DNA of 35,305 nucleotides from an uncultured Leptolinea sp. (lineage in GTDB: Bacteria; Chloroflexota; Anaerolineae; Anaerolineales; Anaerolineaceae), in assembly GCA_964420535.1 (NCBI GenBank), contig CAYQTY010000001.1, forward strand, positions 1-35,305. Reading direction: 5' to 3'. Under the pieces are notes generated by a model. The model did not search any database. It had not been told where the DNA came from and saw only the letters and a list, made by a program, of their open reading frames with translations. Below, in pieces: positions 17,017-25,600 of the stretch (the stretch's first letter is position 1; each line of letters opens with the position of its first letter). Both the position numbers and the translations under genes were made by a program.

Positions 17017-18303
17017 CTACATTGCTTTTTTCCTTCTCAGCAACCACCCCCGAACCAATACAGCCGCAATGCCAATCAAAAACCCGGGGACAACATAAAT
17101 TGCGATATCGAGCATCCGGTTGAGCCTGTTCCCGAACGAATCCTGCCCGTTTACCCAGATCAACCAGTCTGACCTCAGTTGCTGCCGCAAAGACCGTCCC
17201 CCCGCCGTATTGGTCAGAACGATCAATCCTTCACCTTTCTCCGGCAGGGTTGTCACAATGGAATGCCAGTTGGGCATGTTCGTGCCGGTATGGCTGACTT
17301 CCAACGTCTTATCCGGACCAATCTCCTGGATCATGAAACCCAACCCGTATGGCAGCGGATTTTTTATGTCTTTCTGAGGTTCAAACATTAACTTCATTGT
17401 TTCGGGATTCAATACGGGATTCCCGATTTCGTTATCATACGCCGAGAGGATCGCCAGAGCCCAACGGGAAAGGTCGTCCACAGTGGTATACAAACCGGCC
17501 GCCGCCTGCGAGGCAAAATAGCGCGCGGGCACAGGGTTTCCGTAATTGTCATACACAACGGCCAGGTTTTCACGCGCCTTTCCGTTATGAACAAAACTGC
17601 TGTTATTCATCTTTAGCGGATCCAGTACTTTTTCCTGCATGTATGTTTCAAAAGACTGCCCCGTTGTCTGTTCGATCACATATTGCAGCAGCGTGTACGC
17701 CCCGCCGGAATACACATATTGACTGCCCGGCCGGTAGATGATGCGTACGGCTTCTCCTCTGGCGTCATTCGCGGAGACCAGTGATTCTTCCAGCGTCTGC
17801 AGATCTTCCAGCTTTTCCACGCCCGAATAGCCGCCAACATTGGCGATTCCGGATGAATGGCTTAACATCCGCCTGATAGTGACTTCGTTTTCATCATAAT
17901 CTGACGGAGGGAATTGCCAGTCAGGAACGTATCGGCTGATGGGTTGGTCCAGTTCTATAACACCCTGCTCCACCAGATCCATGACCGCCCAGGCGGTGAA
18001 GGATTTTGAGATGGAAGCGACCTGAAAAACAGTACCTTCCGTTACCGGGAAATGCTGTTCCGCGTCCTGATATCCATAACCCTTGATCCGGAAGATTTTT
18101 CCGTCGTGGATAATACCAACCGCCACCGCCCCCTTCCCGTTCCTGCTGACGTAGTCAGACACTGTCCTGTCAACATACCCCGCGAAGGCATCCACATCCC
18201 CCTGTTTTGCTTTGGGAATATCGACAAAACCGAACGAGGCAATAATCAGAATGGATATCAGAAACAGGATACTGGTAATTTTCTTTGCTGAAACATATGT
18301 CAT
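17017..18303 (-). CDS. Serine hydrolase, beta-lactamase family, with N- and C-terminal membrane anchors
   Basis: FQVASISK (SxxK), MLSHSSG, YVYSGG, HTG, LIVLTN; C-terminal TM followed by RRKK. Confidence 0.9.
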   Translation of the reverse strand: MTYVSAKKITSILFLISILIIASFGFVDIPKAKQGDVDAFAGYVDRTVSDYVSRNGKGAVAVGIIHDGKIFRIKGYGYQDAEQHFPVTEGTVFQVASISKSFTAWAVMDLVEQGVIELDQPISRYVPDWQFPPSDYDENEVTIRRMLSHSSGIANVGGYSGVEKLEDLQTLEESLVSANDARGEAVRIIYRPGSQYVYSGGAYTLLQYVIEQTTGQSFETYMQEKVLDPLKMNNSSFVHNGKARENLAVVYDNYGNPVPARYFASQAAAGLYTTVDDLSRWALAILSAYDNEIGNPVLNPETMKLMFEPQKDIKNPLPYGLGFMIQEIGPDKTLEVSHTGTNMPNWHSIVTTLPEKGEGLIVLTNTAGGRSLRQQLRSDWLIWVNGQDSFGNRLNRMLDIAIYVVPGFLIGIAAVLVRGWLLRRKKAM

Positions 18304-18404
18304 GCGTAATTCTCCACTTATATACAGCTGTTTTCTTACAATCCATCATCATAATTCCATTATTAATTTGTCTGGCAATTTGCGACAAAACTGCGACAAA
18401 CTAA

Positions 18405-18746
18405 TATTTTCTTGCCTGCGTAAGGGCGGGTTTGGATATATCCCCATTCCCTGGAAACCAGCCTAATCGTGTATGGGCGGGTGCGACCCGCCCATACGGA
18501 TAGATCACGTGGGTTGGTCAAACCGCCAAGAAAAACCAACATAGGGCGTGAAGAATCTCAAACCAACCATAAAGCGGCGGTTTGCCCAACATACCCATGC
18601 AAGGAATCGCGTCAATGGGTAGAAAATATTCTCCTGCCTGCGTAAGGGCGGGTTAGTAACCCGCCCAGTCACGGTAAGGATATATACCAATCCCTGGGAA
18701 ACCGTACCAATCGTATGCGGGCGGGTGCGACCCGCCCCTACGGATA
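18405..18746. repeat. Mosaic repeat cluster 4: two tandem REPIN-like doublets around a long-loop element
   Basis: 18420-18497 and 18642-18741 are direct copies (the first has an internal deletion); 18509-18595 is an inverted copy of the element at 3725-3808. Confidence 0.85.
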
Positions 18747-18785
18747 GGAATAAACTGAGAATCATTTTTGTTTTTAAGATAACCC

Positions 18786-19325
18786 TTATTTAAAATAATT
18801 AAGCAATGTCTTCAACATTACTTTTATTTTTAAGGTTTTTATTGAGCCTTGAGGATGTATCCCTTTAATCATTGGGATTTCATCCTCATCCTCATGGAGG
18901 CTTTCAAAATAGGCTATTCTTTCGTCTCTCGCTTCTTTTGCAAGATCTCTTTCCGCAGAAACCACGTCCATCCATGACAAACCTTCCGTGCCGTATATGA
19001 ATAATAATCCTTTGATGTTTGGATTAAATCCGCAAACATCATAATAATCTTCTGCAGGCAGGAGTATATCTACAGGGTCACCAAATCCCACCTTTCCGAA
19101 TATTTTTCCTTTGAAATCTTTCTCAAAAGAAATACCCGAAACGATTCCCTCTTTGGTAAAAGTAAAACAAAAATTATCTGTTTTTATATATTCAATGTTC
19201 TGTATATTAATGTTTTCATCAATATCTTGAAGTGAAATTATTATCTCATCACGTTTCATACCAATCTTGAACGGTCCTGCCCCTACACCGGGGATCACAT
19301 CATAATAAAGTGATTGCGACATCAT
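18786..19325 (-). CDS. AT-rich hypothetical protein (possible orphan immunity-type protein)
   Basis: AT-rich ORF, GGGAG RBS before ATG 19325, VIPGVGAGPFKIGMKRDEI N-terminus, acidic composition. Confidence 0.62.
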   Translation of the reverse strand: MMSQSLYYDVIPGVGAGPFKIGMKRDEIIISLQDIDENINIQNIEYIKTDNFCFTFTKEGIVSGISFEKDFKGKIFGKVGFGDPVDILLPAEDYYDVCGFNPNIKGLLFIYGTEGLSWMDVVSAERDLAKEARDERIAYFESLHEDEDEIPMIKGIHPQGSIKTLKIKVMLKTLLNYFK

Positions 19326-19477
19326 ATTTCTCCCAAAATTCTGAAAATTCATCGTTTCTTAAATCACTCTATGAATATTCTAGCGTAGCAAACGCCGAAT
19401 TGAAGCAAATTTAGTTTCAGTTCAAGTAATAACACAAGCAAGATTTTGACAAACAAGGGCGAAAATTCTCGGCCTAC

Positions 19478-19506
19478 GTAAGGACGGGTTTGTAACCCGC
19501 CCCTAC
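19478..19506. repeat. Single short REP
   Basis: GTAAGGACGGGTTTGTAACCCGCCCCTAC. Confidence 0.8.
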
Positions 19507-19550
19507 GGAAATATCTAAATATCATATATGTCTATACGCAAGCCATATAA

Positions 19551-19581
19551 AAGAAAAAAGCCGCTCATTTATACGAACGGC
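19551..19581 (-). terminator. Intrinsic terminator of the GH94 gene
   Basis: Minus strand GCCGTTCG-TATAAA-TGAGCGGC followed by a T-run. Confidence 0.65.
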
Positions 19582-19604
19582 CTTCATATACAGCAATTTT
19601 CGGT

Positions 19605-21998
19605 TTATCCGAGGATGACCTCTACCTTGTTGGCCTTCTTCAATTGGTCCGCCGGCAGCAATGATCCGTTGACAGCCTGGCCATTCAACGTCATTGACTT
19701 CACGCCTTTGCACACGCCGCCCGGGTTCTTGACCTCAATCTCCACGGTCTTGCCGCGGAACACACGCATGGCTTTGAACCCCGGCCATGTTGACGGCACG
19801 CACGGGTCGATCCGCAGTCCGTCAACTTCGGGGCGGATACCCAGTATGTACTGCGCGGCGGAGTAATACGCCCAGGTGGCTGCCCCGCTTAACCAGCTGG
19901 TGCGGGCGTTACCCGGCCGCGGTGACACGCTGGCGTAGGTGGTCTGAGCCTGCGCGTAGGGTTCACACTGACGAACCTCGGCGCGGTCATTGTAGGCGGC
20001 GGGCATGAAGGAGCGGTAATACTCGTAGGCGCGGTCGCCGTTGCCCAAAATGCATTCCGCCATCACACCCCAGCCCTGCGTGTGATTGAAAATGCCGGCA
20101 TTTTCTTTGATGCCCGCGTTGAACAGCACGGCGCGCATCACGTCAATGGATGTTTTCTTGAAGGGCGGTGCGGAGAGCATCAATCCGTAGGGCGTGGCCA
20201 GTTTATCCTTGACAGCCCGCATGGCCGCCTTTGCCTGCTCCGGCGTGGCCGATCCGCTGATCACCGACCAGACCTGGGTGTTGAAGTACACCTGGCCTTC
20301 GGCGTAGTTCTTTGTGCCGTACACCGTACCGTCTTCGCCGATAGCCCAGATAAACCACTGTCCGTCCCAGCAATGCTTCTGGATATTAGACTGCAGCACT
20401 TCGCGATGGCTCATAGCCCAGTCTGCCTCGGATTTCTGCCCGAGCTTCGTGGTAATCTCCGCGTAGACGGTCAATGCCATGTAGAGCTGAAAGGCCACGA
20501 ACAGGCTTTCGCCGTTGTAGCCCAGTTTGAGGCAGTCGTTCCAGTCGGCTTCCAGGCCGCAGGGCAGGCCATGCTTTCCGGTGCGCTCGAGGTTGAATTC
20601 CATCGCCCGCCGCAGGTGGCCCAGCACCGTCGCCTCGCCTTTATCCGCGTATGGCAGCACCTTCTGGTAGAAGGCTTCGTCGCCGGTCTCCGCCACATAC
20701 GCGGGGACGGCGTTGAAGAACCACAGGCAGTCATCTGACCGGAAGTGCTCCGGCGCGGGGGCTTTTTCGGAACCGGGGTGGTGGTCAAACGGTTTGATCA
20801 CCGGGATGGCGCCGCCGTTGGCCACCTGGCCGGTGAGCATCAACTCGAGGCGTTCGCGGCAGGCTTCGGGGTCGGCCGGCAGCACACCCAGCACGTCCTG
20901 CACGGAATCGCGGAAGCCCAGCCCGTTGCGTTCGCCGTTATATACCAGCGAGGCTGACCGTGACCAGTTGAAGCTGACCTGGCTGTTGTACGGCGCCCAC
21001 ACGTTCATCATCGAGTTGAATTCTTTATCGGGCGTCTCTACAGCCAGCGATTCCAGTTTGGAATGGTAGGCTTTTTTCAGTTTCGCGAATTCTTTCTCGG
21101 CGCGTTCCGGTGTGCCGAATTTGGTCACGGCGCGCTTGCCGAAGGTGGACGTGTCACCTACGCCCAGCATAAACAGAAGTTCGCGGGTTTCGCCGGGGGC
21201 AAGATCCATATCCGATTGGATGGCGCCGCAGGCATTGTCACCATAGGCGTTGCTGCACGTGCAGGCGCCCAGCTCCACCACCTGCGGATTTTTATAGTCA
21301 CGGTACATACCCAGGAAGGTGGCGCGGTCGGTATCATACGCGGTGACCGGCGCGTTGGCCAGTGCCAGGTACGAATGGCAGGCCTGGTCGTTGGTGGCAA
21401 AGTCCACCGCGTCACCGGGCAGGTTGTCGTTGATGGCGATGCGGAGCATGTTGTCACGCAGCTCGCCTTTAACGATGAACAGCGAATATTGCAGGTTGAC
21501 GAGGTCCTGCTCGGTGTTCCAGTTGTTGGAAAATTCGCAGTAGGTGAAGGCCGAAAGGCGGCGCGGTTTGTCTGACTTATTGGTCACCCGCACCCGCCAG
21601 TATTCAAAGAGCTGCCCGAGCGGCACAAAATAGGTGGTCTCGGTGGCGATGCCGGCATATTCTGATTCAATCACCGTGTAGCCGGTGCCGTGGCGGCAGA
21701 CGGACTTATACTGGTCCAGCGGTTTGCCCACCGGCTGCCAGGAGGCAGACCAGTAGTCACCGTTGGCGCGGTCGCGCAGGTAAATGTAGCGGCCGGGCTG
21801 GTCCATGGGGATGCTGTTGAAGCGCATGCGCAGGAAGCGGCCCAACGCCGCGGATTTGTAGAAGCTGTAGCCGCCGGCGTTGTTGGTGATGATGGCGCCG
21901 TATTCGGTGGAACCCAGGTAATTGCTCCATGAGGCCGGGGTATCCGGCCGGGTGATGACGTATTCTTTGGCGTTGTCGTCGAAGTAACCGTATTTCAT
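19605..21998 (-). CDS. GH94 glycoside phosphorylase (cellobiose/cellodextrin/chitobiose phosphorylase family)
   Basis: MKYGYFDD-KEYVITRPDTP, GFRDSVQD, RSDDCLW, catalytic ADWNDCL, KENAGIFNHTQGW. Substrate cannot be resolved by eye. Confidence 0.93.
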   Translation of the reverse strand: MKYGYFDDNAKEYVITRPDTPASWSNYLGSTEYGAIITNNAGGYSFYKSAALGRFLRMRFNSIPMDQPGRYIYLRDRANGDYWSASWQPVGKPLDQYKSVCRHGTGYTVIESEYAGIATETTYFVPLGQLFEYWRVRVTNKSDKPRRLSAFTYCEFSNNWNTEQDLVNLQYSLFIVKGELRDNMLRIAINDNLPGDAVDFATNDQACHSYLALANAPVTAYDTDRATFLGMYRDYKNPQVVELGACTCSNAYGDNACGAIQSDMDLAPGETRELLFMLGVGDTSTFGKRAVTKFGTPERAEKEFAKLKKAYHSKLESLAVETPDKEFNSMMNVWAPYNSQVSFNWSRSASLVYNGERNGLGFRDSVQDVLGVLPADPEACRERLELMLTGQVANGGAIPVIKPFDHHPGSEKAPAPEHFRSDDCLWFFNAVPAYVAETGDEAFYQKVLPYADKGEATVLGHLRRAMEFNLERTGKHGLPCGLEADWNDCLKLGYNGESLFVAFQLYMALTVYAEITTKLGQKSEADWAMSHREVLQSNIQKHCWDGQWFIWAIGEDGTVYGTKNYAEGQVYFNTQVWSVISGSATPEQAKAAMRAVKDKLATPYGLMLSAPPFKKTSIDVMRAVLFNAGIKENAGIFNHTQGWGVMAECILGNGDRAYEYYRSFMPAAYNDRAEVRQCEPYAQAQTTYASVSPRPGNARTSWLSGAATWAYYSAAQYILGIRPEVDGLRIDPCVPSTWPGFKAMRVFRGKTVEIEVKNPGGVCKGVKSMTLNGQAVNGSLLPADQLKKANKVEVILG

Positions 21999-22084
21999 GT
22001 GTGTCTCCCAGTGGGGTTTGTCAGGTGCATATTGTAGTGCATTTATGGAAGGTACGAATAGGTTTCCAACAAATTTATGTTTGC

Positions 22085-22224
22085 GTAGGGGCGGACGGCG
22101 TCCGCCCCGGATGTGCCGGGAACAGGTTAATTTCCGATATAAAATGATTGAAATAAAACCAACATACGGGTTAAAGGCAGGTATATCTCATCGACATGTG
22201 CGGGCGGATACTATCCGCCCCTAC
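22085..22224. repeat. Inverted REP doublet (REPIN-like)
   Basis: GTAGGGGCGGAC-GGC-GTCCGCCCC ... GGGCGGATA-C-TATCCGCCCCTAC with an AT-rich spacer of about 93 bp. Confidence 0.85.
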
Positions 22225-22238
22225 ATAAAAGGTATTTA

Positions 22239-22364
22239 TTATCCCTCCAGCACACTCGCTGACGGTACCCGCGCCTTCACCAACACCCTCACCTCTTCCG
22301 CTGTGGTCAACCCCAGCGCCTCATCCGCTAGGCTCTTCATCTCACACGTATCCAGTTGACGGAT
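22239..22364 (-). pseudogene. Orphan duplicate of the last 41 codons plus stop of ptsI
   Basis: Ungapped match to 23798-23923 with 11 mismatches in 126 nt by manual alignment; frame and stop position retained. Confidence 0.9.
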
Positions 22365-22532
22365 GATGGAAACCCTGTCATGATGACAATTCTCCCAGGG
22401 TCGACGCGGTCTCTCTTCGAATGGTTGATGAATTCAAATACATCCATTTGAAAATCGATTATCGTATATGATTAACTGGATGATGATTTTTTACCGGGGT
22501 TTTTACTAACAAAGCCAGGGGTGAAATAAAAC

Positions 22533-23777
22533 ATGAATACGAGAATTGCAAAATTGTTCCTGATATTTTCTTCCTTGATAACAATTTCAACAACATCTAC
22601 TCCATGCAATAATAAATTCGTTATTTCAGAATATTCTTCGGCATCCCCCAACAACAATCATGCAAAGGCCAATTTTGACACTAACAATCACACTAGATCC
22701 TTTGATAACCTTGCTCAAAACAAATACAGGCATTTAGCAGATATCAATTCGCCTGATATGAATTGGAGAATCAAATATAAAAATAGTAAATACCCTATCA
22801 TTGTCGAATCAGAGGATGAAAAGATAGTTTTTCAAGAATCGGGTTCATTGGAAACCGGGGAAAATGTTGTCACTCTCGATTGGTTCCCAGATTCATCCGG
22901 TTTTATCCTCTGGGCAGCAGATTCCCCTCAAGAAATCAATGATTATGGCTGGTATTGGGCTGATCGCCTGATTCTGTATAAAATTGATACCGTCAATAAA
23001 TTGCTGCATCACACCATTGTTGCACCTGTTGCATCGAAAAAAGAAGGATTTATGACCTGGCCAAGAAACCTTGCATGGTCCCCGGATGGGTCAAAATTTG
23101 CCGTAGTAGAGAATATTGAAACGATATATGTGATAGATCGAAACGGTCAAATTATCAGAATATCCGAACCTTCACTTGGAAAAGAAGAATACTGGTATTG
23201 GTCAATTTTATTGACCAACGATAGTCTGTTATTCTCAACAATACAATCACCATACAAACAAAAACCCGGCCTAACAACTACAAATGCCATCTGGAAAGTA
23301 AATTTGGAAAAAGAAGATACTAGTGAAAAGAAAATCATGGAAGAAGTTGATTATGTAGAATTTGTAGGAAAAGATCCAAATTCAGCAAAGATTCTGATTT
23401 ACAGGCCCAATCCCGAAAATTTTCCATGCAGTCCGAATGAACTTGTCATCTACAATTTGGAAACAAACGAAATTGAAAAGACACTTCTTAGGAATATCAC
23501 AAATCTATCCTCATCGTCCAGTAAGGACAAAACAGTCCTTGCGCTAAACTTTTCCAAATGCAAGCCCAGTGTTTCTCAGTCGCATATTATTGAATCAGAG
23601 AACATCTTAGTCTATCAATATATATATTATTGGCAGTATGGCGAACTGGTAGAAAAATCTGAGAAAAGCAATTTTTCGTACAGTTTCTGGGATGAGACAA
23701 AAAACGGGTTTAATTTTTGTTTCTTTAATTGGAACGATCAGGATCTGAGTTACGATTGTGAATTGGTTACTCCGTGA
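22533..23777 (+). CDS. AT-rich secreted hypothetical protein, probable beta-propeller (TolB/WD40-like)
   Basis: Signal-like N-terminus; LDWFPDSSGF and LAWSPDGSKFAVV blade motifs; strongly AT-rich compared with its neighbours. Confidence 0.72.
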   Translation: MNTRIAKLFLIFSSLITISTTSTPCNNKFVISEYSSASPNNNHAKANFDTNNHTRSFDNLAQNKYRHLADINSPDMNWRIKYKNSKYPIIVESEDEKIVFQESGSLETGENVVTLDWFPDSSGFILWAADSPQEINDYGWYWADRLILYKIDTVNKLLHHTIVAPVASKKEGFMTWPRNLAWSPDGSKFAVVENIETIYVIDRNGQIIRISEPSLGKEEYWYWSILLTNDSLLFSTIQSPYKQKPGLTTTNAIWKVNLEKEDTSEKKIMEEVDYVEFVGKDPNSAKILIYRPNPENFPCSPNELVIYNLETNEIEKTLLRNITNLSSSSSKDKTVLALNFSKCKPSVSQSHIIESENILVYQYIYYWQYGELVEKSEKSNFSYSFWDETKNGFNFCFFNWNDQDLSYDCELVTP

Positions 23778-23797
23778 ACTAAAAAAGACAGGGTAAA

Positions 23798-25531
23798 TCA
23801 CCCCTCCAGCACCCCCGCTGACGGTACCCGCGCCTTCACCAACACCCTCACCTCTTCCGCTGTGCTCAACCCCAGCGCCTCATCCGCCAGTCCCTTCATC
23901 TCCCGCGCATCCAGTTGACGGATCAGCGCTTTGACCACCGGCACCATCACCGGCGCCATCGAAAACTCATCCAATCCCAGGCCGAGGAGTAGCGGCACCG
24001 CCAGCGGCTCACCGGCCAGCTCGCCGCACACACCCGTCCATTTGCCCGCGCGGTGTGACGCTTCTATCACATCACGGATCAACCGCAGCACGGCCGGGTG
24101 GAACGCGTCACACAAAGCCGCCACAGCCGGGTTGCCGCGGTCAGCCGCCATGGTGTACTGGCTGAGGTCGTTGGTGCCGATGGAGAAAAAGTCTGCCTCG
24201 CGAGCCAGGATATCCGCGCACAGGGCGGCGGCGGGCGTTTCGACCATGATACCCACATCCACGTTTTCCGCGAAGGGCGTCCCCTCGCGGGTCAATTCGT
24301 CCTTACACTCTTCCAGTGCACGGCGGGCCCGACGCACTTCGTTAACATCCGAAACCATGGGGAACATGATCTTCAGATCGTGCCCCGTCCCCGCGCGCAG
24401 GGCGGCGCGCAGTTGCGGTTTGAATATCTCAATGTGACGCAGGCTCAGCCGTAGGCCGCGCACCCCCAGGAAGGGATTTTCCTCCGGTTCGGTTGACAGG
24501 TACGTCAGGTTTTTGTCGCCGCCGATATCCAGAGTACGCAATACAACAGGCCTTTCACCAAACTCTTGCAGAATGGCTTTGTAAGCCTTGAATTGTTCCT
24601 CTTCGGTTGGCAGCCCGGCACGTCCCATATACATAAATTCGGTGCGCAACAAGCCGGAGCCTTCCGCGCCGAGATCAACAGCCATCTTCGCGCCGGCTCG
24701 GTCGCCGATGTTGGCCAGAATATGCGGCCTCTTCCCGTCAACGGTGACAGCCGGCTCAAAGGAATGTTCGCGCGCCGCGTCGTGGATCTGTTTCATACGG
24801 GCAGCGCGCCCGCGGCTGGCGGTGACTAGGGACTCGTCCGGATCCACCGTCACCGTACCGGTGTAGCCGTCAAGGATGATCATCGTGCCCGATGGAATGG
24901 CCAGCACATCGTTACCCGCGCCATCCACCGATGGCAGCCCCAGTCCGCGCGCCAGAATGGCGGCGTGACTGGTGACAGATCCCCTGGCCACGCAAAACCC
25001 GAGTACCAGATTTTTGTCAAGCAGGATGGTGTCCGAAGGGGTCAGTTCGTCCGCCGTAATGATCGATGGCACGCGTAAACCGGCGGTGGGGCTTTCGGCC
25101 ACCCCCAACAGCAGACGGGCGACACGGTTCGCCACGTCCAGCACATCTATGGAACGGGCAGCGAAATAGTCATTATCCATGGCTGCCAGTTCGGCGGCAT
25201 ACCCTTTACACGCTTCCACAAACACCGGCTCCACATTCGTCCGGCGTTCATCCAGCCGGGTTTTCACCCGGGCGAGCAGGTCGGCATCTTCGGTGATCAT
25301 CGTATGGAACTGGAAGATCTCCGCCTGGTCTTTATCTGTATCCCGCAGGGCTTTGTGATAGATCTGCGCCAGTTGGTCACGGGCGGCAGACAGGGCGGAT
25401 TCCAGGCGTTTCCATTCGGCGGCTGGATCGCGGTTCTCGAACGTTTCAATCACCAGCTCCGCCCGGCGGAACGGAAAAACCGGCCCGCAGGCGATCCCTC
25501 TGGAACTGCCGATACCCTGAATAACCTTCAT
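23798..25531 (-). CDS. ptsI: Phosphoenolpyruvate-protein phosphotransferase (PTS enzyme I)
   Basis: GSVTSHAAILAR (phospho-His), GLLRTEF, RTLDIGGDK, EENPFLGVRGLR, DFFSIGTNDL, GVCGE. Confidence 0.96.
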   Translation of the reverse strand: MKVIQGIGSSRGIACGPVFPFRRAELVIETFENRDPAAEWKRLESALSAARDQLAQIYHKALRDTDKDQAEIFQFHTMITEDADLLARVKTRLDERRTNVEPVFVEACKGYAAELAAMDNDYFAARSIDVLDVANRVARLLLGVAESPTAGLRVPSIITADELTPSDTILLDKNLVLGFCVARGSVTSHAAILARGLGLPSVDGAGNDVLAIPSGTMIILDGYTGTVTVDPDESLVTASRGRAARMKQIHDAAREHSFEPAVTVDGKRPHILANIGDRAGAKMAVDLGAEGSGLLRTEFMYMGRAGLPTEEEQFKAYKAILQEFGERPVVLRTLDIGGDKNLTYLSTEPEENPFLGVRGLRLSLRHIEIFKPQLRAALRAGTGHDLKIMFPMVSDVNEVRRARRALEECKDELTREGTPFAENVDVGIMVETPAAALCADILAREADFFSIGTNDLSQYTMAADRGNPAVAALCDAFHPAVLRLIRDVIEASHRAGKWTGVCGELAGEPLAVPLLLGLGLDEFSMAPVMVPVVKALIRQLDAREMKGLADEALGLSTAEEVRVLVKARVPSAGVLEG

Positions 25532-25600
25532 TCCCTGACCTCAATGTTGGATGATGTTTACCGGTTTCAAGCGTATGGAATCAGTATATCACGGTGGAAA

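Noticed and set aside
16218-17172. Small ORFs across repeat mosaics (also 18505-18765, 21997-22359, 29889-30164)
   Set aside because: They are translations of palindromic repeats with no RBS or family motifs. The apparent peptide repeats (WASNRT, RPTHHGLPGDG) reflect the DNA duplication.
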